A stretch of 64,000 bases of DNA from contig JAIPED010000001.1 in assembly GCA_021737325.1 (NCBI GenBank), positions 206-64,205 on the forward strand, in the 5' to 3' direction. The translations under genes and the position numbers were made by a program. Numbering within the stretch: the first letter of the stretch is position 1; every line of letters begins with the position of its first letter. This DNA comes from Deltaproteobacteria bacterium. GTDB lineage: Bacteria > Desulfobacterota > Syntrophia > Syntrophales > JAIPED01. This document shows, piece after piece, positions 47,426-56,457 of this stretch. Below the pieces are notes generated by a model. The model saw only the letters and a list, made by a program, of their open reading frames with translations. It was not told where the DNA came from and searched no databases.

Positions 47426-48952
47426 ATGTTTGTCAGGGTCAACAGTTGTGCCACGGAGGGGATAAGGTCTTATGGTATTTCCGTGGAAGTGGATGTTTCC
47501 TTCGGGCTACCCTACTTCGCCACAGTCGGCTTGCCGGATACTGCGGTTAAAGAAAGTAAGGACCGAATTCGCGCCGCAATGAAAAATTCTGGCTATCCCT
47601 TTCCCCAAACTCATATCACGGTAAATCTTGCGCCCGCCGATGTGAAAAAGGAAGGTTCTTCGTTTGATTTGCCCGTTGCCTTGGCTTTGCTTGCCGCCCA
47701 GGGAATTATCCCTCCCGCTGCGCTTACCGATTTCTGTATAGTCGGCGAATTATCCTTGGATGGATCGGTAAAAGGGATTTGCGGGGCCCTCTCCTGCGCT
47801 TTTTTCTCTCGCGAAGCCTCGTTAAGTGGCATAATCCTCCCGGCAGTCAACGCCCTGGAAGCAGCAATGGTTGAGGGTATTCGTGTCGTTGGTGTGGCAT
47901 CGCTTGCCGATGTGGTGGAGTTTTTACACGGAACGAAGGAAATCCCTCCTACGGTTTTCGATGCGCAGGCCTATTTTTCCGAGCATCAAAATCACTCGTT
48001 GGATTTTAGCGAGATCAAAGGACAAGAAGGCGTCAAACGGGCCATGGAGGTTGCGGCGGCGGGAAACCACAATGTCTTGATGATCGGACCGCCGGGTTCG
48101 GGAAAATCAATGATTGCTCAGAGACTTCCCTCCATTCTGCCAGATATCTCCTTTGACGAAGCCATCGAAATAACAAAAATATACTCATCGGCGGGAATGC
48201 TGGGGGAGGGGCAACACATTATCGCCACCCGCCCCTTCCGTGCCCCTCACCATACAACCTCCGACGCGGGGTTAATTGGAGGCGGGCAATATCCGCGCCC
48301 TGGAGAAATTTCTTTGGCGCATCGGGGCGTGCTTTTTCTTGATGAAATGCCAGAATTTAAAAGAAGCGTTTTGGAAACGCTACGACAACCGCTGGAAGAA
48401 GGACAGATCACCATAACGCGCTCAGCGTTTAGCGCAACATACCCCGCCGATTTCATGCTCGTTTCTGCGATGAACCCCTGCCCCTGCGGCTTTTATGGAG
48501 ATCGCCTCCGACAGTGTCGCTGTTCATGGAAACAAATTCAAAGCTATCAATCGCGCATTTCCGGCCCTCTGCTGGATCGCATTGATATCCACATTGAAGT
48601 TCCCTCAATGCGGTATTCGCTGTTGGCGCAGTCTGCGGACGGTGAAAAATCAAGCACCATCAAGGAACGGGTAAACAACGCCAGACAGATCCAGCATCGC
48701 CGCATCGGTTCCAGTACCGCCAATAACGCCAATATGACGGATCGGCAGGTGCGAGAATTCTGCCATCTTGACGCGCAATCTCAGGGACTCATGGAAATGG
48801 CGTTCTCCCGCTTGGGGCTTTCCGCACGAGCAAGCGCAAGTATCCTGAGGGTCTCCCGCACTATCGCCGATCTAGAGGACTCACCAAACATTCAGCCGCA
48901 CCACATAAGCGAAGCAATTCAGTACCGCAGCCTTGATAGGAAAATTGTTTAG
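47426..48952 (+). CDS. YifB/ComM-family Mg-chelatase-like AAA+ ATPase
   Basis: Start ATG 47426 has an AAGGAGG RBS. Lon-like N-domain, Walker A GPPGSGKSM, LFLDEMPEF, Zn-ribbon CPCGFYGDRLRQCRC. Confidence 0.9.
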   Translation: MFVRVNSCATEGIRSYGISVEVDVSFGLPYFATVGLPDTAVKESKDRIRAAMKNSGYPFPQTHITVNLAPADVKKEGSSFDLPVALALLAAQGIIPPAALTDFCIVGELSLDGSVKGICGALSCAFFSREASLSGIILPAVNALEAAMVEGIRVVGVASLADVVEFLHGTKEIPPTVFDAQAYFSEHQNHSLDFSEIKGQEGVKRAMEVAAAGNHNVLMIGPPGSGKSMIAQRLPSILPDISFDEAIEITKIYSSAGMLGEGQHIIATRPFRAPHHTTSDAGLIGGGQYPRPGEISLAHRGVLFLDEMPEFKRSVLETLRQPLEEGQITITRSAFSATYPADFMLVSAMNPCPCGFYGDRLRQCRCSWKQIQSYQSRISGPLLDRIDIHIEVPSMRYSLLAQSADGEKSSTIKERVNNARQIQHRRIGSSTANNANMTDRQVREFCHLDAQSQGLMEMAFSRLGLSARASASILRVSRTIADLEDSPNIQPHHISEAIQYRSLDRKIV

Positions 48953-49007
48953 TGATAGCGCGCTACGGACAACGCTATCTTTGGGAGGAAAAGCTGTGAA
49001 AATAAAG

Positions 49008-50069
49008 ATGAAACCGCGCACGAGCACCAGAATGAAAGAGGTTCTCGCGGATGAAGGTAAGTTGGGTTTTGGCAAAATTTTTAGCGATAATATGTTCTTG
49101 GTGAAATACCTTGAGGGCAAAGGATGGCATTCCCCACAAATATGCCCCTATGCCCCTTTCAAAATATCGCCCGCAGCGCTATGTTTGCACTACGGACAAC
49201 TAATTTTTGAAGGCCTCAAAGCGTACCGAGGAGATGATGGTTCAATCTATCTTTTCCGCCCCCTGGATAACATCCGCAGACTTAACGCCTCCGCCTCCAG
49301 GCTTTGCATGCCAACGCTGGACGAGGATTTTTGCCTGAAAGCAATAACCGAACTGGTGAAATGCGAAAAAGACTGGGTGCCACATTCCCTGGGGGCTTCG
49401 CTGTATCTGCGCCCCACGATGCTTGCCACACAACCTTTGCTGGGGGTGCAGGTCTCCATGGAATACCTGTTTTTTATTATCACCTCCCCCGTTGGCGCTT
49501 ACTATGCGAGTGGTTTTGCGCCGACCAAGATTTATGTTGAGGAAGAGTTTGTCCGCGCTGCCCCTGGCGGCATCGGTTATTGTAAAGCTGCTGGTAACTA
49601 TGCGGCAAGCCTGTTTGCGTCCCGCGAGGCCATGGCAAAGGGATATAACCAGGTTTTGTGGTTGGATGCTGTGGAAAAGAGTTTTGTTGAAGAGGTGGGA
49701 ACAAGCAACATCTTTTTCCTCATCGGCGAACAGCTCATCACCCCGCCGTTAGCGGGAACCATCCTCCCTGGAGTTACCCGCGCCACGGTGATTGAAATGG
49801 CCAGATCTTTTGGTGTTGATGTTGTGGAGCGCAAAATTTCCATCGCTGAAATCATCAGCGCCGTGCAGGAGGGAACCCTTTCCGAAGCATTTGCCTCAGG
49901 AACGGCGGCCGTCGTTTCCCCTGTGGGGCTGATCCACTACAAGGGAGTTGACTATACGATAAAGAAGGGCGGCATCGGAAAACTTACCCAAAAGCTCTAC
50001 AACGAGATCATCCATATCCAATACGGGAAGAAGAAGGACAATTTTGGCTGGAGGGTTAAGGTTATCTAG
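49008..50069 (+). CDS. ilvE: branched-chain amino acid aminotransferase
   Basis: LGFGKIFSDNMF..., LHYGQLIFEGLKAYR, GVTRATVIE. An alternative GTG start at 48996 sits closer to the GGAGGA RBS. Confidence 0.9.
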   Translation: MKPRTSTRMKEVLADEGKLGFGKIFSDNMFLVKYLEGKGWHSPQICPYAPFKISPAALCLHYGQLIFEGLKAYRGDDGSIYLFRPLDNIRRLNASASRLCMPTLDEDFCLKAITELVKCEKDWVPHSLGASLYLRPTMLATQPLLGVQVSMEYLFFIITSPVGAYYASGFAPTKIYVEEEFVRAAPGGIGYCKAAGNYAASLFASREAMAKGYNQVLWLDAVEKSFVEEVGTSNIFFLIGEQLITPPLAGTILPGVTRATVIEMARSFGVDVVERKISIAEIISAVQEGTLSEAFASGTAAVVSPVGLIHYKGVDYTIKKGGIGKLTQKLYNEIIHIQYGKKKDNFGWRVKVI

Positions 50070-50103
50070 ACCTTTTACCTTTGAAAAAGGCTACTTATGT
50101 TCC

Positions 50104-50149
50104 TTCTCCACAGAACTGTGGATAAACGCCTTGATATGCCTGTTGATAA
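50104..50149. promoter_or_regulatory. cluster of DnaA-box-like 9-mers
   Basis: ttctccaca (50104-50112, 1 mismatch to TTATCCACA), tgtggataa (50117-50125, perfect, inverted) and tgttgataa (50141-50149, 2 mismatches). Confidence 0.4.
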
Positions 50150-50313
50150 GCAGCCTAACTGTTGAATTATTGGTGTTTTTTAACGGATTGCCCGTAGCTA
50201 TGGCACTTAATTTTTGACAATAATTTCAGCGCGTTAGAAGTATCCCAATGCTTTTAGGGGCTTGTGAAGCTCATTTTTTTGTTAATTGCAGAACATTTTG
50301 AAAAAGAAAGGAC

Positions 50314-50982
50314 TTGTTTATGAAGCTACGCCTTATTTTTATCTTTGCCATTGCTGCCGCCCTGCTTCCTCATCTCGCTTTTTGCGGGGAGAACACCCCA
50401 ATTAACGCCGCAATGATCTCCGCGAAGGTGCAAACCGCCTACCAAGGGATAGAGTCCCTCTCCGCGAATTTTGCCCAAGAAACCACCCCGCAAATCACGG
50501 GTAAAAAGAATGTAGAGCGTGGGGAGGTTTTTTTGCAACCTCCGCTGAATATGCGCTGGGAATACACCGAACCCGAAAAAAAAGTGATGATAATAGATAA
50601 TCAGATCTCCTGGTTTTATCTACCGGAGAAGAAAGTTGCCTACCGCCAGACAAGTGAAAGCTTGTTTGCCTCACAAACACTCATCGCTATATTCAGGGGA
50701 ACAACGACCATCAATACCGACTTTGAGGTTTCCTTAGTTGCCACATCTCCCAAGTACCACACACTACATCTCGTGCCGCTTAACGATATCGGCACCAAAG
50801 AGATTGTCTTGAAGATCGATTCTCAAACCTTTTTAATAACATACTGCGCTTTTGAAGATTTTTATGGCAATCATAACGCCATAACATTCACCAACATCGC
50901 TCTAAATGGAGAGATGAACGCCGGTTTATTCCAATTCAGACCTCCAGCAGGCGTTCACCTCATTGATATCAATGAAAAATAA
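50314..50982 (+). CDS. lolA: LolA-like outer-membrane lipoprotein carrier protein
   Basis: Signal peptide. LolA-family blocks (...SLSANFAQET... GEVFLQPPLNMRWEYTEPEKKVMIIDNQISWFYLPE). Confidence 0.75.
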   Translation: MFMKLRLIFIFAIAAALLPHLAFCGENTPINAAMISAKVQTAYQGIESLSANFAQETTPQITGKKNVERGEVFLQPPLNMRWEYTEPEKKVMIIDNQISWFYLPEKKVAYRQTSESLFASQTLIAIFRGTTTINTDFEVSLVATSPKYHTLHLVPLNDIGTKEIVLKIDSQTFLITYCAFEDFYGNHNAITFTNIALNGEMNAGLFQFRPPAGVHLIDINEK

Positions 50983-50996
50983 GGAGCGGTAAGACG

Positions 50997-52043
50997 ATGG
51001 CAAAGATAAACGCGGCGATATTTGGAGCCAGCGGTTACACGGGGCAGGAATTGGTCAGAATCCTCCTCTCTCACCCCCAGGTTAATTTAATTGCGGCTTC
51101 TTCGCGTCGCTATGCGGGAGTCCCTCTGGCAAAGGTCTATCCCTCCTTGTTGGGCAAGACCGATATGGAATTTATCAATGCAACGGCAAGCGAGGTGGCC
51201 AAAAGCGCGGATGTTGTCTTTTTGGCGTTGCCTCATCAAGTCTCCCAAAACGCCGCGGGAGAAATTGCTCTCACGGGCAAGCGGATAATCGATTTAAGCG
51301 CCGATTTTCGCCTTGCGGATGTTAAGACTTATGAAGAGTGGTACACCAAGCACACCCAACAAGATTTGCTAAAAAAATTCGTTTACGGACTCCCAGAATT
51401 GTTCCGTGAGGAAATTAAGGGAGCCCAGATGATTGCCAACCCTGGGTGTTATCCCACAAGCATCCTCCTGGCCTTGGCCCCTGTGGTGAAAATGGCGCTA
51501 ATCAAGAACGATTCTCTCATCATCAACTCCTGCTCGGGAGTTTCTGGCGCAGGGAGAGAACCCTCGGTCGGAAGCCTTTTTTGCGAGGTTGCGCAGGGAT
51601 TTAAAGCCTATAAAGCGGGCGGCAAGCATCGTCATACGCCCGAAATTGAACAAGGACTGACCCGTTTCGCGGGTGCGCCAGTCAAGGTAACCTTTACGCC
51701 CCACCTCCTTCCCGTTAACCGTGGCATTCTTAGCACTAGCTACGCTTCGCTCGCCAAGAAAGTTACCGCGGCGGAGATCCATGCCTGTTTTCAGGATTTT
51801 TATTGTTCAGAAAATTTTGTCCGTATCTATCCTCTAGGGGAACTGCCCAATATCAACGCGGTAACGGGCACCAATCTATGCGATATCGGCATTGCCTTGG
51901 ATGAGCGAACGGAGCGACTCATCATCGTCTCGGCAATTGATAATCTAGTTAAGGGCGCCGCAGGACAGGCGGCACAAAACATGAACATTATTTTTGATTT
52001 CCCAGAAGGGCAAGGATTGGAAACAACAAGCATTTTTCCATAA
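50997..52043 (+). CDS. argC: N-acetyl-gamma-glutamyl-phosphate reductase
   Basis: IFGASGYTGQELVRIL, active site NPGCYPTS. Confidence 0.93.
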   Translation: MAKINAAIFGASGYTGQELVRILLSHPQVNLIAASSRRYAGVPLAKVYPSLLGKTDMEFINATASEVAKSADVVFLALPHQVSQNAAGEIALTGKRIIDLSADFRLADVKTYEEWYTKHTQQDLLKKFVYGLPELFREEIKGAQMIANPGCYPTSILLALAPVVKMALIKNDSLIINSCSGVSGAGREPSVGSLFCEVAQGFKAYKAGGKHRHTPEIEQGLTRFAGAPVKVTFTPHLLPVNRGILSTSYASLAKKVTAAEIHACFQDFYCSENFVRIYPLGELPNINAVTGTNLCDIGIALDERTERLIIVSAIDNLVKGAAGQAAQNMNIIFDFPEGQGLETTSIFP

Positions 52044-52069
52044 AAATGCGCAAAATAGGGGGGAATAAA

Positions 52070-52831
52070 ATGGGGGAAACATCGTTTGAACAGGTTGGTG
52101 GTGTTGGCGTTTTAGTGCTTGAGCGCCCTGAGCGCAAAAACGCGCTGTCTTTAGCGCTCCTGCAAGAGTTGTTAGCAACAACGGAAATGCTCAAAAAACG
52201 AAATGATGTTAAGGTTCTTATTATCAAATCTTCCAGCGAATCGTTTTGTTCAGGGCACAACCTCAAGGAGCTACATAGCGAAAATTCCGAATTGCATCGG
52301 GAGATCTTCTCTGTCTGCGGTCGCTTTATGCTCTCGTTACAGCAGATTCCACAGGTAGCTATCGCCCAAGTGCGTGGCATTGCCACCGCCGCTGGCTGTC
52401 AGCTTGTCGCCGCTTGCGATTTAGCGATTGCCGAGGAAGGGGCAATATTCGCCACCCCGGGGGTGAAGGTGGGAATTTTCTGCACGACCCCTTCCATACC
52501 GCTAGGCCGAACGATTGGTCCCAAACGAGCGTTGGAGATGCTCTTCACGGCCAGCAATATCTCCGCCACACAGGCGCAAGAATGGGGATTAATCAATGAA
52601 ATAACTTCCGCCGAAGCGTTAGAATTGCGCACCATGGAGCTTGCTCAGCAAATAGCCTCGCATAGCGCGGAAGTCCTTGCTTCGGGAAAGCGGGCTTTTT
52701 ATCACCACATCCAACTGACCACCGAAAATGCCTATCAATGCGGAACGGATTTCATGGTGGAAAACTTGCAAAAAAAAGCCGCCAAGGAAGGAATTGGCGC
52801 ATTTTTAGAAAAGCGCCCGCCCGTTTGGTAG
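52070..52831 (+). CDS. enoyl-CoA hydratase/isomerase (crotonase) family protein
   Basis: LERPERKNALS, FCSGHNLKE, GIATAAGCQLVAACD. Start ATG 52070 has a G-rich RBS (ORF track 52046). Confidence 0.85.
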   Translation: MGETSFEQVGGVGVLVLERPERKNALSLALLQELLATTEMLKKRNDVKVLIIKSSSESFCSGHNLKELHSENSELHREIFSVCGRFMLSLQQIPQVAIAQVRGIATAAGCQLVAACDLAIAEEGAIFATPGVKVGIFCTTPSIPLGRTIGPKRALEMLFTASNISATQAQEWGLINEITSAEALELRTMELAQQIASHSAEVLASGKRAFYHHIQLTTENAYQCGTDFMVENLQKKAAKEGIGAFLEKRPPVW

Positions 52832-52864
52832 CGCAGTTACTGTTCTCTGCTATCCTTGAGAACA

Positions 52865-53623
52865 TCAGAAGAAAAATTCGCCGTTGCTGATGATTTTTCC
52901 TTCTGGGTCGAAATTCCGTTCTACGACACGCGCCCGTCCTTGATGATTAACGGCAAGCATGTAAGAGGCACGGGTATGGTAGCCGCTGGTTTTTACAAAG
53001 ATGGGGGAGAGTATCTTTTCCCAATAGGGCCCCACACCCGTGTTGGGCAGGACATCGTCGGGGGCGGGAGTGGCATCGGCCAGCAAGGAAAAGATGCTCT
53101 CATCGTCAATGGCGTTGCTTTGTAGCAACTTGCTAAATTCCTCCTTGATGCGTGTAACCTTCCACCAAGGAACATCCAACAAGCTGTTGGATAACCCATA
53201 GATCCCCGGCACGAGTGCTAGTATGTCTCCATTAGAGCGGTTGGAATAATAGTAAAGATCGGCAAATGTGCCCAAGATGAGGTTAAAACCGCTGTAGAGT
53301 TGCGCCGTTTTTTGCAATTCGGATAAAAACTCGACGGGGTTTCGTTGTAAGCGCAGATAGCCAGCAACCAATTCTCCCCTTGAAGGAGTTTCTGGCAAGC
53401 GCGGGGAAACCTCCCGAAAGTTGGTAACCAAACCTACGCGCCCTTCCCTCGTTACACCAAACCAAGTGCCACCCGCTAAGAGGTCTCGTCCGGCCAGCAG
53501 TTGGGGCGATGAAGCCCAAAAATCTATCGGCGCGCTGGGACGATCGGCAAATTCATCACGGTTGCCGATAATCATTAAGGGTAGCTCTGCGGATTGATGG
53601 TAGGCGCATAAAACCGTACACAT
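52865..53623 (-). CDS. NRDE-family (TANGO2/DUF833-like) protein
   Basis: N-terminal MCTVL..., IIGNRDEFADRP. Confidence 0.8.
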   Translation of the reverse strand: MCTVLCAYHQSAELPLMIIGNRDEFADRPSAPIDFWASSPQLLAGRDLLAGGTWFGVTREGRVGLVTNFREVSPRLPETPSRGELVAGYLRLQRNPVEFLSELQKTAQLYSGFNLILGTFADLYYYSNRSNGDILALVPGIYGLSNSLLDVPWWKVTRIKEEFSKLLQSNAIDDESIFSLLADATPAPDDVLPNTGVGPYWEKILSPIFVKTSGYHTRASYMLAVNHQGRARVVERNFDPEGKIISNGEFFF

Positions 53624-53626
53624 TTT

Positions 53627-54388
53627 TCAGCACCCCTCCAAGCTTTCTCCGATGGTGGTCATAACCTTACTCGCATAGTCGTTGATGACGACATCGGCAC
53701 CATCATCAAAGGCTGTTTCCCCAAGGTTGATTATTGCCACCTTGGCACCGTTCCTTTTGGCATGGAAGGGAATGCTGGCCGCAGGATATACCACTAAAGA
53801 GGAACCAACCACTAACAGCAACTCTGCCGCAAAGGACAGTTGCGTCGCTGTCTTCAATGGGAGCGGTGGCAGAGCTTCGCCAAAAAGAACAACATCAGGT
53901 TTTAACATCCCCCCGCAAGCATCGCAGGCGGGTAGATGTTGGCAAGCGCCATGCTGCGCCAACACCTCGTTGGTAATGAATTTGGCAGAACAATTAAGAC
54001 AGATAATCCGCTCCAAGGTGCCGTGAAGCTCATGTACCATGCGCGGTGTACTGCCCGCCTTTTGGTGTAGCCCATCAATGTTTTGCGTGATGACACCTAA
54101 AACCTTACCCATCGCCTCCAGCTTGGCGATACCGATATGGGCGGGGTTTGGTTGCGCCAAACGCAACTCAGGATTAGCCAAGAGGAATTGCCATTGTTTA
54201 TCACGGGCTTCTGGCGATTTGAGGTATCTTTCAATTGTGAAATCAGCGGGATCAAACCGCGACCAAACGCCGCCGGGCGAGCGAAAATCAGGTATCCCCG
54301 ATTCGGTACTTACCCCCGCGCCGGTAAAAATGACTATTTTATCTGTCTCACGGATGAGAGTTATCAGCCTGTCTATTTTATTATTCAT
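53627..54388 (-). CDS. SIR2-family NAD-dependent protein deacylase
   Basis: FTGAGVSTESGIPDFRSPGG, QNIDGLH, Zn ribbon CLNC...CDAC. Start ATG 54388 has an AAGGAG RBS. Confidence 0.9.
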   Translation of the reverse strand: MNNKIDRLITLIRETDKIVIFTGAGVSTESGIPDFRSPGGVWSRFDPADFTIERYLKSPEARDKQWQFLLANPELRLAQPNPAHIGIAKLEAMGKVLGVITQNIDGLHQKAGSTPRMVHELHGTLERIICLNCSAKFITNEVLAQHGACQHLPACDACGGMLKPDVVLFGEALPPLPLKTATQLSFAAELLLVVGSSLVVYPAASIPFHAKRNGAKVAIINLGETAFDDGADVVINDYASKVMTTIGESLEGC

Positions 54389-54484
54389 CTTACTCCTTTC
54401 TCGGAGAAATTTGTGCACTAACGGTAAACTATATCGTTCGGTAGCCACTCTTTGCACAAGTTAATCTCTGAAAAACACTACTTG

Positions 54485-54691
54485 AAGACTCTTGCACAAC
54501 TGTACCTCTTTGCTTCCGACCGTCATTCCCGCACCCGTTTCCACGAGTGCAGGCTCCAGCGGGCAACCGCAAAAAACAAAATGCAATAGAATGACGCATC
54601 CAGATGCGCTGGAAATATTTTGGTTATTTTAACCAGCAGACAAGCTCCTTCTTTCGTTACCGTTTGGAGGAATAGGTTGTGCGGTGGTCTT
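54485..54691 (-). mobile_element. MITE copy B (207 bp), inverted relative to copy A, with 5-bp TSD ACTTG and a nested ~55-bp insert
   Basis: The reverse complement is ~95% identical to copy A over the first ~100 nt and the last ~45 nt. acttg flanks both ends (54480-54484 and 54692-54696). Confidence 0.78.
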
Positions 54692-54697
54692 ACTTGT

Positions 54698-55462
54698 TCA
54701 TTGTTTTTTGGTTGCGAGGTACTTGCATGCCATCACCAATAAAACGGCGCAGAAGCAAAATAACAGTACTGAAACGCTAACAGCATGGGCAACGGAAGCT
54801 CCCAACACGGAACCGCAAAGAATGCCGAGAATAACCCTGACAATCCCTTCCGTGCGCACATTACCTCGGCGCCAATGGGCGTAGGCACCAACGATTCCTG
54901 TGGGAACCATCACCAACAACGCCGTTCCCTGGGCGGATACCTGTTCCATTCCCGCAAAAACCACCATCCCCGCAACCATAATACCCCCACTACCAACACC
55001 GAGCAGGCCGGAAAGAAAGCCTCCTAGGGTGCCGATAAACACGAGGAGCAATACTCGAGAGAATCCCGCCGAGGGAACGAGCGAGGTAAAATACGGCTTG
55101 GAAAGGAGGAGCGCGACGGAAAGAATCAGGAAAAATCCAAAGAAGCGTTTGAGTTTCCATTCTGGCTGCCGATTGCAGTACCGCACCCCCAGAAAAGAGC
55201 TTCCCATTGCCGCCGACGCGATAATTACCGCGGCAATGACATCAAGGGTGCCATGGAAATGGTAGGCAACAGAACCAAAAATACCCGCAAAAATAATGGC
55301 CACCAAGCTTGTCCCATAGGCCTCCTTTTGCGAAAATCCACCCCAGAAGGTCAGCAAGGGAATCATTACCAACCCACCGCCAATGCCCAGCAAGCCGCTA
55401 AAAAAACCCGCCAGACAACCAATACCAAGAAATTTATTTGCCATTTTTTGCGCCACCGCCAA
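54698..55462 (-). CDS. TauE/SafE-family sulfite-exporter-like membrane protein
   Basis: 254 aa, ~8 TM, G-rich helices (GLLGIGGGLVMIPLL, GLLGVGSGGIMV). Confidence 0.82.
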   Translation of the reverse strand: MAVAQKMANKFLGIGCLAGFFSGLLGIGGGLVMIPLLTFWGGFSQKEAYGTSLVAIIFAGIFGSVAYHFHGTLDVIAAVIIASAAMGSSFLGVRYCNRQPEWKLKRFFGFFLILSVALLLSKPYFTSLVPSAGFSRVLLLVFIGTLGGFLSGLLGVGSGGIMVAGMVVFAGMEQVSAQGTALLVMVPTGIVGAYAHWRRGNVRTEGIVRVILGILCGSVLGASVAHAVSVSVLLFCFCAVLLVMACKYLATKKQ

Positions 55463-55562
55463 TCGTTAACAACCCGCTACGGCGCATAAATCTTTTTTCA
55501 CCCGATAGCCAGAGACAGGTTAAGTGGAATTTCTGCGCTCAGTCGCCGATGAGTTCGACTCT

Positions 55563-55787
55563 TGGACCACTGCACCGTTTGGCTTGTTGTGGTCATATAA
55601 AACGACTGTTATGAAAGTGGAATGCCATGCTTTTCGGGGCCATTCCCGCGCAAACGGGCAACCGCAAAAAGCAAAATACACTAGAATGACGCATCCAGAA
55701 ACTGCTGTAATATTTATGGTTTTTTTATCGGTTTCCCACTGATGCGCACTGCTGTTGGTTGAGGGATGGGATCGTGCAATGGTCTTT
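55563..55787 (-). mobile_element. diverged MITE copy C
   Basis: The ends ggaccactgcacc (55564) and the reverse complement of 55770-55787 (aaagaccattgcacga) resemble the family terminal repeats. The internal block gggcaaccgcaaaaa.caaaat.ca.tagaatgacgcatccaga is shared with copy B. No intact TSD. Confidence 0.5.
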
Positions 55788-55816
55788 ATTTAGCAGTATT
55801 TAAATTGCTTTAAGTT

Positions 55817-56332
55817 TCATTGAGGGTAGTCTTTCTTGAAAGTTAAACAATGCAATTCTTTAAAACGATCATGAAATCCCCAGCCAATTCCATCAGTGTG
55901 CGAGACAATAGTCGAACATCTTTCTTGATAGTCTTGGTATAAATTATCTTTTATGATTAGTTCCATGGCTGAGTCAAAAGAGGATTCAATTGATGAATAA
56001 AATCTCTCATCAATATCGCCATGTTCGTTCGTGTAATCTACTCCTTGTTCTACATGAAAAAGAAGTAAATCGATTATGTTTTGGTTTGATTTTGTGGTTT
56101 TCTTAAAATCAGATATTATTTTTCTAACCACACCAATCCTTGCTTCGCCTAAACCTCTTGATGGGAAATATTCTTGCTTGATAGATTTTTTAAATTTATT
56201 GAGCACATCGTCGCTTTCACCTAATAGATTTGATTAATATTCTTGAACATTTGGGATTTGTTTCGAGAGGGTGATAACTTCACGAACGAGTTCATCTTTT
56301 GATTTGCCAACCAGATATTCTTTAAGCTTCAT
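55817..56332 (-). pseudogene. DUF6155-like gene interrupted by an in-frame TAA
   Basis: ATG 56332 opens MKLKEYLVGKSKDELVREVITLSKQIPNVQEY, then TAA at 56236..56234. The same frame continues SNLLGESDDVLNKFKKSIKQEYFPSRG... to the stop at 55817. The family call is from memory of the DUF6155 pattern (...EYFP.RG..., FY.S...SF). An in-frame upstream ATG also exists at 56368. Confidence 0.55.
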
Positions 56333-56397
56333 GGTAGTGCTACGAGCACTAGTATTTATGGTCTTCATTATGCCGTTTTAATCGCCGTTAATAATTG

Positions 56398-56457
56398 TGC
56401 TAACGATAATGGCAAGTTGCGCCGCTTTTTGGCGTCAACTTGACCAGCTTGTTATCC
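56398..56457 (-). mobile_element. attC-type (59-base-element-like) recombination site
   Basis: Minus strand: GGATAAC-AAGCT-GG(T)CAAGTTG(A)CGCC-AAAAAGC-GGCGCAACTTGCC-ATTATC-GTTAGCA. This gives an R''-like ..TAAC, an R'-like GTTAG.., an 11-bp L stem plus GG/CC with two bulged bases on one arm, and an unpaired spacer. It overlaps the stop codon of the upstream gene. Confidence 0.65.

Noticed and set aside
50070-50313. Chromosomal replication origin
   Set aside because: Only three DnaA-like boxes are present. There is no dnaA/dnaN context and no obvious AT-rich 13-mer cluster.
55540-55592. tRNA/tmRNA-like 3' end (gagttcgactcttggaccactgcacc), a possible island attachment site
   Set aside because: The T-stem does not pair (atgag/cttgg). 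There is no CCA or acceptor complement upstream. The ggaccactgcacc part is explained as the terminal repeat of MITE copy C.
55697-55816. Possible third, long attC after the DUF6155-like gene (TGAAAC ... GTTTCTG)
   Set aside because: Only the 5-bp R-box pairing is good and the L-box pairing is poor. The span overlaps MITE copy C. Reconstructing the pre-MITE sequence did not yield a better site.
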